DNA of 64,000 nucleotides from Candidatus Scatosoma sp. (lineage in GTDB: Bacteria; Bacillota; Clostridia; Christensenellales; Borkfalkiaceae). Position numbers and translations under genes: made by a program. The notes beneath the pieces are model-generated. The model had not been told where the DNA came from, did no database searches, and saw only the letters and a program-made list of their open reading frames with translations. Location: contig JAZQWG010000003.1 of the NCBI GenBank assembly GCA_045632265.1, positions 2,511 through 66,510 of the forward strand, written 5' to 3'. Shown in pieces: positions 28,179-38,600 of the stretch (position 1 is the stretch's first letter; every line of letters begins with the position of its first letter).

Positions 28179-29822
28179 TCACATTTGAATATCGCTGAAA
28201 TATACTTTGATATTCCGTCTTAAAAGATAGAATCTTGCAACAAGGAAAGCTCCCGCAATCGCAAACAAACGAATCCAACCGCTCGTTTTCGTTGCATCTA
28301 ACAACAACAAAAGTGCAAGTGCGCCCGCAAGCGTTGCTATGACGAAACTGATGACGATGGCTTTGCCGATGTTTACGTTGTCAACGACGTTGTTCCCCTT
28401 TTGCGCATAGTCCAAAATGCGGGGATTGTTGATGTCGAGTTGAAAACTCCACATGATATGCGCCGTCGTGATAATGAGAAGCAAAATCGCCATCAAAGCC
28501 AAATCGCCGCCACCCAAGTTGGTGGTGAACGTCAACATCGTGAACGTGACTGCCATAGCAACCAAGTTGACGAGCGAGGTAACCGCTATCTTTGCCCAAC
28601 AAATAACCGACGTATCCGAAGGCGCTGTTTTCAAAATTGCAAACTCGTTGCCTTCCGAAGAAATCGCCGATGCTACTTGGGCGTTGTTTGCGCCAAGGAC
28701 GTTGAGCGTAATCATTATATTGAAGGCGATACTCATAAAGTCGCCTATCGTGTTTTTATTGATAACGAGCAATACGAAGTTGAACACGTACGAGATGAAC
28801 GGGAAAAGCAAAATGGTCGTCACCGCCGAGTTCACCGATTGCGAGTTTCTAAAGAACAATTTCAATTCCTTACGGAAGAAGGTCAAGAAAAGGTTGTTGT
28901 GCTTATGTTCAATCGCCTTATGCTTTTTCGTTCTGCCCGCTTCTACCGTGGACGACACCGCCTTGAAATAGAAAGGACGAGCAATCAAGAAACAGCCCAC
29001 GCCAAACGCTGCGAAAATGCCAAGCGCTGCGGGCAAAGTCCAGTACACCTTTTCGCCGAACATTGCCGCACCGATAAACGCATACCAAAGCGAACAGCTA
29101 CGCAACGAAGCGAAGAAGCCTTCGATTTTCGCCATAAACTTACCGTAAACGGCAACCAAACGCAAAGGATCGGGCAAGCGACGAAGCAAAATCGTCACGC
29201 CGAAGAAGCAGCCTGCAATGATAAGCACGACAAGCGTTGCATACACGGACACGTGTTTTTCTAAGAAACGCTTCACGTAAACGAGCGGAATGGAAATAAG
29301 TGCGCCGATAAGCACGGGGAACAAACAAAGCATTGCCCACATAGGGATTGCAAGCAACCAGTAGGCTACCCCGCCCGTCGTCAAGCCAAACGCCACTAAG
29401 ATAGGCACAAGGAAGTAAGCGCTCTTTTTCAATTCGCTTATCGCAAATACGATAATTCGGCTTAAAAAGATTTCGCCGTACGTACAAGGGAACGCCAACA
29501 GCATTGTGTTATCTTTGCTTGTGTACAGTATCGAAATCATACTGCTTATACAAGAAAGCAACGTAATAATCTGCGTAATGAAGATGAAAGACACGAACAT
29601 ATCTTTCGACGGTTGCACGTGGAAAGTCTTTGAAAGGAAAGACAACATGAACATGATCACCACCGTCACCGCTACCGTAATGCAACATTTCAAAAACGTG
29701 ATAAACGCCTTTGCTTTCGGCGTACGCGTTTTCTTCGCACGGAGCTGTTCGCCCATCTGCATTAGCGACAGATATTTAACCCGCCTAAAGGGGGTATTTT
29801 TTATCTCTTTCGCTTGTTTCAT
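28179..29822 (-). CDS. Large polytopic permease (putative ABC-exporter membrane component)
   Basis: 547 aa with at least 10 hydrophobic helices. Its start lies 3 nt after the stop of the upstream ABC ATPase fusion. Confidence 0.6.
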   Translation of the reverse strand: MKQAKEIKNTPFRRVKYLSLMQMGEQLRAKKTRTPKAKAFITFLKCCITVAVTVVIMFMLSFLSKTFHVQPSKDMFVSFIFITQIITLLSCISSMISILYTSKDNTMLLAFPCTYGEIFLSRIIVFAISELKKSAYFLVPILVAFGLTTGGVAYWLLAIPMWAMLCLFPVLIGALISIPLVYVKRFLEKHVSVYATLVVLIIAGCFFGVTILLRRLPDPLRLVAVYGKFMAKIEGFFASLRSCSLWYAFIGAAMFGEKVYWTLPAALGIFAAFGVGCFLIARPFYFKAVSSTVEAGRTKKHKAIEHKHNNLFLTFFRKELKLFFRNSQSVNSAVTTILLFPFISYVFNFVLLVINKNTIGDFMSIAFNIMITLNVLGANNAQVASAISSEGNEFAILKTAPSDTSVICWAKIAVTSLVNLVAMAVTFTMLTFTTNLGGGDLALMAILLLIITTAHIMWSFQLDINNPRILDYAQKGNNVVDNVNIGKAIVISFVIATLAGALALLLLLDATKTSGWIRLFAIAGAFLVARFYLLRRNIKVYFSDIQM

Positions 29823-29825
29823 ATC

Positions 29826-32054
29826 TTATACTCTCTCGCCTTCCGCATCTTCCTTCGTCGATTTTTGCGCATATTGCAAATATACTTCTTCCAACGAACG
29901 GCCTTCGCTTTGGATTTCTTCCACTTTTGCTACTCGGCAAAGTTTACCACCGCTGATGATGGCGATTCTATCGCACACCTTTTCCACAACTTCGATAACG
30001 TGGCTGGAGAAGAATACGATATTGCCCGCGTCTGCGTGTTGGCGCATACATTCTTTAATTTGCCAAGCACTCGTAGGGTCCAAACCGGTAAGAGGTTCGT
30101 CCAAAACCCAAACTTTGGGGTTGTGGATAAGCGCACCGATAACCATTGTCTTTTGTTTCATACCGTGCGAATAGCACTTGATTTCGCTGTCAAGCGCCTT
30201 TTCCAAGTGGAACATCTTTGCATATTTTTCAATGCGTTCCTTCTTGTCTTCTTCGCTTACCATATACAAATCGGCAACGTAGCTGATATATTCTCTACCC
30301 GTAAGGTTTTCGTAAACCGCGTGGTTATCCGATACGTAGCCCATATTCAATTTCGCTTCCAAGGGTTGACGAGCAACGTCGTAACCTTGCACTTCAATCT
30401 TGCCTTCCGTAATCGATTGAATGCCTACAAGGCTCTTAATCGTCGTACTCTTACCCGCGCCGTTGTGGCCGATGAAACCAAACACTTCCCCTTCAAGAAT
30501 TTCAAGGTTCAAATTGTCCACCGCTTTTCTATCCGTACCAGCGTAGGTCTTTGTGAAGTTCGTAAATTTAATCATGTGTGCTCCTTCGGGCGACAACGGT
30601 TCTTTTACCGACCTACCGTCCAATTCTTTGAGTAGCTGTGCGTGGTCTACCCGCATCAATTTCGCTTTTCTTGCAAGTTCTTTATGCGCATCCGACGTGC
30701 GATACAAGGTGGCGTATACGCCCCAAATAACAAACATAAACGCAACGTACACAAGCCAAATCGCCAAATCGTACATCCAGTAAATTTTGAGATGCATGCT
30801 TCCGATATAGAAATCCCAAACATGGTCTTTCATCGGCAAGGTGAACGTGAACAAATCGACGAACTTATTGCCGTACAAGAAGAAGTAGTCAACCAAATTC
30901 CCTTCGGGATTGAGCGTAGGAGAGTTGTTCAGCCAGCCGTTGAGGAAAATAACGACGAACACGTACGCCGAAAACGCACCTATCGCCTTGTACATCATCT
31001 TGATATTGGGACGAGGGAAAATGCCAAGTGCTACGCCGAAGATGGGAAGCACGAACGCATACGTGTGGTTGTACCAGAACATTACTACCAAGCTCTTCGT
31101 CAATTCGCCCAAGTCGCCGGGCAAAATGATAGCAATAAGCGCACCCAACACGTTTACAAGATAGGTAAAGTAGAATACGCTGTTCCAGCGGAAGGCGTAT
31201 GCAAACAACATCAATACAACTGCCGTGTTGCAAAGGTGGAAGGGCAACGTGGTTACCCCTACACGATGGCTGGTGTAGCTGAAATATTGCAAAAATGCGC
31301 TAAGGGCAAGGAAGATAAGGAAGAAAAGTTTTTCTTCTCTCGTCTTCTTGCGATACAATATGTATCCGCCGAACATGAACGCAATGCAAATATAGAACAA
31401 AATTCTGTGCGACAAGGTGAAACCGTCGGGGTTGCCACCTGCGTACCCAAAATAGAGTTGAGGCACGTAGTAAGGCATAAAGCCCATAAGCCAAATGAGC
31501 ATAAACAACAAGGCTTGTCCAAGACGTTTTGCTATCTTTTCAAAATCTTTGGCAAAAAGCGTATCGCAAAGCGCATTACCCGCAACGCACGAAGCCAAGC
31601 CAAGGCTGACTGCGTACACCACCATTCTATAATCGTAATAGTTTACCCCACCCGTAATGAAAATAGCATAGGGCTTTAAGAAAACTGCGTTAAGAATCAA
31701 AATCACGGGCACGAAGAACGCCGTGAAATCACGCACGTTTTTCTTCGTAAAGAAGGGCTGTACCATACAAACTGCGATGGAGAAATAGGCAAGCCATTTC
31801 AAAATGCTCATGCCCACCAACTTCGCCGCGGGGAAGATACCACCCGCAAGCCCGATTTGATCCCCTATCACTTCCAAACAAATCAAATAGGGAAGATATG
31901 CAACGAAAAGCACGATGGAAAGCGCACGAATAAGAAAATCTTTCCACGGCATCGTTTTCCTGAAAATACGCACGTCACCGCGCAGCTTTCGAGCAAATAT
32001 CCCCGTCGCAGCGCCACCAACGCACATACCTAATATCAATAAAGCAACGTTCAT
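29826..32054 (-). CDS. Fusion protein: YwaF-like polytopic membrane domain (aa 1-493) plus ABC ATPase (aa 494-742)
   Basis: A single uninterrupted 742-aa ORF. The membrane part contains LPFHLCNTAV. The C-terminal 249 aa (29826-30575) carry Walker A GHNGAGKST, signature YSHGMKQK, Walker B VWVLDEP and H-loop SSHV. Confidence 0.8.
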   Translation of the reverse strand: MNVALLILGMCVGGAATGIFARKLRGDVRIFRKTMPWKDFLIRALSIVLFVAYLPYLICLEVIGDQIGLAGGIFPAAKLVGMSILKWLAYFSIAVCMVQPFFTKKNVRDFTAFFVPVILILNAVFLKPYAIFITGGVNYYDYRMVVYAVSLGLASCVAGNALCDTLFAKDFEKIAKRLGQALLFMLIWLMGFMPYYVPQLYFGYAGGNPDGFTLSHRILFYICIAFMFGGYILYRKKTREEKLFFLIFLALSAFLQYFSYTSHRVGVTTLPFHLCNTAVVLMLFAYAFRWNSVFYFTYLVNVLGALIAIILPGDLGELTKSLVVMFWYNHTYAFVLPIFGVALGIFPRPNIKMMYKAIGAFSAYVFVVIFLNGWLNNSPTLNPEGNLVDYFFLYGNKFVDLFTFTLPMKDHVWDFYIGSMHLKIYWMYDLAIWLVYVAFMFVIWGVYATLYRTSDAHKELARKAKLMRVDHAQLLKELDGRSVKEPLSPEGAHMIKFTNFTKTYAGTDRKAVDNLNLEILEGEVFGFIGHNGAGKSTTIKSLVGIQSITEGKIEVQGYDVARQPLEAKLNMGYVSDNHAVYENLTGREYISYVADLYMVSEEDKKERIEKYAKMFHLEKALDSEIKCYSHGMKQKTMVIGALIHNPKVWVLDEPLTGLDPTSAWQIKECMRQHADAGNIVFFSSHVIEVVEKVCDRIAIISGGKLCRVAKVEEIQSEGRSLEEVYLQYAQKSTKEDAEGERV

Positions 32055-32070
32055 TTTATCCTCACCGTCC

Positions 32071-32090
32071 TTCCGTTTATATAAACGGAA
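32071..32090. promoter_or_regulatory. Perfect 20-bp palindrome in the 5' UTR/operator region of the ABC-fusion operon
   Basis: TTCCGTTTATATAAACGGAA, 17 nt upstream of the start codon at 32054. Confidence 0.5.
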
Positions 32091-32503
32091 AGCCCGTTTT
32101 TCTCTTGCATTAAAATAGGACGTATTTTCCTATTTTTATCATTATACCACTTTGAAAATAGCGATGTCAACGATTTGACGTCCTTTTTTGATTTTTTATC
32201 GCAAAATTATCATAATTCGACAAAAAAATCGTTGTCAAAAATGGAAAATTTTGCATATTTATACACTCTTTGCGTGTATAATTTTATGTTTATACGTAAT
32301 ATCCTATACAAAACGGCGTTTTATGTATATTTTCACATTTTTCACATATTTTACACAATTTTTGTTTTTGGCGTGAAAAATAGGCGAAAATCGTCCAATT
32401 TTGCCCCGTTTTTGTCATTTTGTTTAGCCCCAAAACAAAGATTTTGGGCAATTTTTATTTAGGAAAAGTTCGTCCCCTATTTTTCACGAGAAAAAGGGCA
32501 AAA

Positions 32504-32548
32504 AGCAAAAAAAATACGCCCCGTTTCAAGCGTTTTTGAAACGGGGCG
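32504..32548 (-). terminator. Rho-independent terminator after the giant protease gene
   Basis: 13-bp stem CGCCCCGTTTCAA/TTGAAACGGGGCG, with a U-run on the minus strand. Confidence 0.8.
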
Positions 32549-32624
32549 TAATGTTTAGTTTTGTGTTTGCAAAATTATCTTAACACGCTTTCCCTTTTGC
32601 CGACAAGCGGCTTTTAGGGGCGCA

Positions 32625-35600
32625 TTATTTCATTTTGCGTTTCTTTACAACAAAGCCCAAAGCTGCCGCAAAGCCGATGACGCCAAGAGCGGAAAGGCTG
32701 TTCTTGCAACCCTTTTCTTCGGGTTGTTCAACCACTTCGTTATCCGTCGTAGGCACGTCAACGGTAGGTTCTTCCACTTCCACTTCTTTTACTTCGATGG
32801 ATACACGGAAGGTGTAGGTGTTGTCAGCGTCTTGATAACGGATTCTTACGTAGCTGTCCGTTCTTTCGAGTTCTTTATTGTATTCCGAAAGCAACGTAAG
32901 GTTTTCCGTGCTTACCACTCTCGTGGTGTTATCGTCGTATTTAAGGGTAATCTTCATGCCCGTGATATCGAATTTTTCGCCAACCAAGTAGCTCTTCTTA
33001 AACGTGCTGGTGTCGATGGTGTGTCCCTTAATTTTTGCGATAATGCCAAAGTTGGATTTCGCGCCACGGATTGCTTCTTCAGCCGCCTTCAATTGCGTTT
33101 CTTTATCCGCAACGAAGTCTTTTTGACCTGCGTCTTTGATGAGCAAATCGTACGTTGTACGCAACGATTTAATCATTTCAGCGCAATCGATAACTTCCGT
33201 CTTCTTCGCTTCGTCCGTCTTATCCCACGTTGCCCAAGCACGGATATCGTCCATAGGCAAGCCGTTCAAATCGGTGATGAAGTCACGAGTGGTATCCGAC
33301 ATAACGATCTCCGTTTGTGCACGCGTACCAAAGTAGGTTGCGTAAACGTAGCTGTCGTAGCCCACACCGTTGACGGGGTATTTCATTTCCAACGTGCTTT
33401 CCTTGCCACCAAATTGCGTGAAATCGTAGAAATACGTTTCAAAGTTGGTGTAATAGTAGCCCTTGTAGTAAGCAACCGCTTGTTCGTCGGCAACTTCTTC
33501 CACCCAAAGGGTGACTTCTTCACGATAACTCGTTTCCAAAATAGGCGCTTGTACACTTTCAAAGGTGTACGTCTTAATGCCGCTTCTAAAGAACGCGCTG
33601 TCGCCGATTGCGTTTACACTGTAAGGCAATACCACGCCAACCAAAGCGCCGCTGTTCAATTCCAAGAACGCAGCCGATTGAACGTAGAGCGTGCCGTCCG
33701 CAATCTTATACGTCTTCGTTGCTTCTACGCGTGCTGCGGGATAGCATACGATTTCGTACGTTTGCGCCGTCTTATCAATGTAGCGATACAATACGCCGTA
33801 GCCGTTTGCATCAACGTCCATCGTCAAGAACGTTGCGTTGTCTTGCGACACTTTGAAGCCCTTCAAGTTCTTGGACGAAGCAAATGCGCCGTAGCCGATT
33901 TCTTTTACGCTTGCGGGCAATTCAACGTACGTTTCGCCGCCGTTCAAGAAGGCGTACGCACCGATTTTTTCCACTTTCGGCATATTGATTGCCGTATAAG
34001 CAGCTTCTTTCGTGCCGTATTCGTTTTCTACCGCAAACGCACCGTAACCAACTTCTTTTGCTTCCAAAAGTTCAAGATTCGTCAAGCCAGCATTGTAGAA
34101 TGCTTTTGCGCCTACGTAAACCACTTTATCAAGGTTGTTTACGACGGTAAGTCTTCTGCAATCGCTAAACGCTTGTTCTTTTACAGTATTATATATAATC
34201 GTTTCAACGCCGCCGACCATAATCGTCTTTTGCGTGAGCGGCGACAAGGTGACTTCTCTCAAGTTGCTGCATTCGCCAAACATTGCCGTGCCAGCTTCCA
34301 TTTGACCTTCGGCAAACGTGAACGATTGAAGCGCCGTATAGATGAACGTGAAGTTGCCTACCGCCGTGGAATCAGCACCAAACGTTGCCGATTGCAACTT
34401 GCTTGCATACGCAAATACGTAATCGCCCATTTCCGTAATGTTAGGCAACTCTACGCTTTCAAGCGATACGCAGTAGAAGAACGCACTGTCGCCAATTGCC
34501 GTAAGTTTGGACGAAACGACGATAGCCCCTTCCACTTTGCTGTTGCCCGTAAGCACTTTTTCAATCATGGAACAAAGTTCAAACGCATCGTTGCCGATGT
34601 ATTCTACGTTAGGCAAGAACGCTTCACGGATACCCGAGTATGCAAAGGCAAAATCTTCCACCTTCGTTGCCGACGTAGGAAGAACGATCGACGAAAGGTT
34701 GGTTGCCAAATAGAAGGCATACGCAGGAAGGGACGTAATAGACGTGCCCGACAAATCGATATCCAAAATCTTCGCGCCGTAGAACGCGCCTTCTCCCATC
34801 TTCGTCAACGAACCTGCATCTTCAAAGGAAACTTTCGTCAATTTGCTGTTTGCAAACGCATACGAACCGATTTCCGTCACGCTTGCGGGAACAACGAATT
34901 CGCCCGTGAGCGAAGTGTTGACAAACAAGAGTTTGCTCATATCTTGCGAGTAAATTGCGCCGTTTACTTCCGCGTACTTATCGCCCGCGTAGTTATCCGA
35001 CAATTTAATCGTAATATTGTTGAAAGACATACCGCCCAAGCGCAACGCTTCAAACGCAAACGAATCGTTGATGGCAATTTCCGTGATACCGCTACCGATG
35101 AACGCATCTACGCCTATCGTACGGATAATTTCGTTGCCGAAATCTACCGAGAAGCCGTATCTCGTGTTCAAACCGCAGTTTTCAAACGCTCTTGCGCCGA
35201 TGTCAAATTCGAGCGAGTAGCCATTAGGCGATTCAAATACCACGCCGCCCAAGTTTACGCAACCAGCAAACGCGCCTTCGCCGATGTTGGGCGTATTCAA
35301 AACGAGTTCGCCACGAAGACCCGTACAGTTTTTGAACGCTTCTCTACCTATCGAAGTGAATCGATCCGTCTTGATATCTTCAAGCCCGATACAGCCTTCA
35401 AAGACGTTGTTACCCATAACGAACGTACCCGAAAGGTCGATTTCCGACAAGGACGTACAGCCCTTAAACGCTCTGTGGTACAAAGTACCAAGGTTGCTCA
35501 TCTTGACAATTTCGTCCAAAGACGTACAGCCCGAGAAACAATCTTGCGCAATCGTAATCGTCTTTGCGTTGGTCAAGTCAATCTTCTTCAAGTTGGTACA

Positions 35601-38600
35601 GTTTTTGAACGCACCCGCATTGATAAGAGAGCAATCCGCAAAGTCGATAGATTGATCCACTTGCTTCACGCCGTTTACGTACGTTTCACGGTGTTTCGTG
35701 GATACAAAGTAAACCGCTTCAAGTGCGGAACAGTTTTCAAACGCACCTTCTTGGATTTGTACGACGGATGCGGGAATAACCACGATACGTACGTTGTCGT
35801 TATCCTTGAACGCATCTTCACCGATATACATAATGTTCATATCGGTAGGAATCCACAAAATTCCGTCGTCCTTATCCGTGCTGTACCCTACGCCGTTGTA
35901 CTTATTAAGCGTATAGTTGCTTACGTTAAATTCGTTTACGACGTTCAACGTGACGGTTGCCAAGTTCATCGTAGGCACGTTGCCACGATAAAGCTTCGCT
36001 TCCACCGCCGCCGTACCCTTCTTCAACGTCTTGACGTTGCCGTTTTGGTCCACCGTTGCAACGCTTTCGTCGTAGCTCTTCCAAACGACGGTGTAGCCCG
36101 TCATCGGATGATACCAAGGATCGGTGATAAGTTGCAACTGGAAGTTTTGTCCGGGGTTTACGTCCACTCTGCCTTCCGCTTTGGAAAGAGCTTCGCCCGA
36201 CGTCTTAATTACGCCAAGGGAAATGGACGGCTCGGAAAGGGTTTTCTTCTTATTAGAAACGTTGACGGTAATCTTTTGCACGCCGCCCTTTCTATTACTT
36301 ACCGAAATGGTTGCCGTACCTTCGGAAAGACCTACGATTTCGCCGTCTTTAACAGCCGCAACCGTCGGAGTATCCGACGTCCAAGAGAAGTTTGCAATGG
36401 ATGCGTTGCCGTCGTACACAAGTTTTACCTTGTGCGTGCCATAAATGTCAAGCGAGATGTTGTCTTCGCCGCTTGCCAAAGCAAAATCACCATTTTCAGG
36501 AAGTTGGCTGGAGTGCATCGTATCCAAATCGAGTTGATACAAACAGCTGTTTACTGCGTAGTCGTCGATTTGTACGTACAATTGATTGCCGTATTGTTCG
36601 TAAATGTCCGTAATGTCAATGGAAACGGTGGTCGTGCCGTTTTTCGTTTGGCTTCTTACGGGCGTTGCGTAATCGGTTGCAAGTTGCAACACGAGTTCGC
36701 CTTGAGAGTTCGTCTTGGGATAGCAAAGCATGATTGCTTGTGCATAGTGGTTATCATATACGTCCAAGTCAAGATAAATGCTTTGTTTTTCCTTACCGCT
36801 GCTGTCCTTAATCGTCTTATAACGAACGCGCGCATCTTGCAATACGGGAGCGTCGTAGTCAACGGTGAAGGTGAAGGAATATTCCCCTCTCATGTTGTTG
36901 GGGTTAGCCCCTTCGGGAAGGTTGGGGTCGTCCGCAAAAATCGTGTATTCGTCGGGGTCGTTCATGTAGAAGGTGAAGTCCATACGATATACGCCGTTTG
37001 CAAGCAAGCCGTATTCTTCGGGGTAAAGTTCCAACTCAACGTTGCCAGGCACTGCTTGACCGCCGCCTGCATACGCTTTACCAACACGGTTGATTTCCTT
37101 ATTCACGAACACAGCTTCGCCCGTTTCTTCGTTGATGAGCGAATAGGTGACCAAACGAGCGTTGCGCAACAAGCCTGCGTACACCGCTTTGATACCCGTC
37201 GTCGTGAGATAGTTTTCCGTATTGTCTTCGCCGTAGTAGTTGTTATAACGGGAAATAGAGTTATACTTTTCGTCCGTATAAACGGGGTCGTCATTTTCGT
37301 CTACAAGGTAAACGTAGCCGCCCATAGGCAAAATGTATTTTTCGTTGTAGTAGATGGAATAAGGTTGCGTTGCCCATACGCTTGCTTGTTTCTTTTCAGA
37401 ATCTTCCAAGCTGGGGTCAGCTTCGTCTTTCGCTACTTCGTACGCATCGTAATCGAGCATTGCCGAGCCTTCCCAGTCACCATGGAAACCAAGGAAAGGA
37501 ATGCTCAAATCGCATTGCGAAGCAGACGTAGATTTAAGTTGCAAGAAACCTTCGAGATACATACCGTTGGGGAAGTTTTGCTCAAAGTATTTCAATTCGT
37601 CGTTAGAAAGATTCAACTCTACGCTAATCGTCAAGGTTGCGCCTGCTTCCACCGTGATTTCATCGCCGCTCAATTTCGAGCCGTTTACGTACCATTCGGA
37701 AGCTACGTCGTCAAGCATGTACGCTTGTTCAGCCACGGCAAGGCCGCCCGATTCCACCGTTTCCGTGAAGAAGAGATGGCTGGTGGTAAAGCTCAATTCG
37801 TTCGTGCCGAAGTTGCTGAGTTTGAACGTAAGTCTATCTTTGGAAATAACGCCCGTCTTTTGAGGATCGTCGCCGATTTCAAGCTTGGGACGATAATCAC
37901 TGCCAGCGTTGTCCACCCAAAGGTATGCCGACGTGTTGTTTACTACGTTGTCAAGGCTACCCAAGCCCGCGCCTTGTTTTCTAGGCGAGTAAGGTCTGCC
38001 ACCCTTGTCGCGTACCGTCGTTGCCGTACTCATGATAAGTTGGTTTGCAAGGCGGTTGATAAGGACGGGGTTCACTTCCGTTCCTTCCGTTGCCAACGCG
38101 CGAAGCGCAGGGTTTGCTTTGATGTAGTTGCGGATAATCGCCATAACGCCTGCCATGTTGGGCGATGCCATGGACGTACCGCTTTGTTCGCCGTAGCCGC
38201 CAGGTACGGTGGACGTAATTTCGCCGCCGTGCGCCGTGATTTCAGGCTTCAATTTCAAATCGTGCGTAGGACCCCACGAAGAGAATTCGCTCATGAAAGG
38301 ACCTGCGGACGTGTCGCGACAAATTTTGATTTTACCTACGGGAAGGTTGGGCAAGTTGCCGTTTTGGTCACGAAGAGCATCGATAAGCGTTTTGCCCGAT
38401 TCCTTATCAATGGATACGGCGGGAATACGCATACTATCTTCAATTTCGCCAAGGTTCATGCGGATAAGACCTGCAACGTTGTTGTAAACGATGATTGCAT
38501 CTGCGCCCATACGTTTTGCCATTTGCACTTTTTCTTGGAAGGTGGATTCACCACGTTCTACAAGCGCAATGGACATGATGCCTTCCGCTCTATTTTTCTT

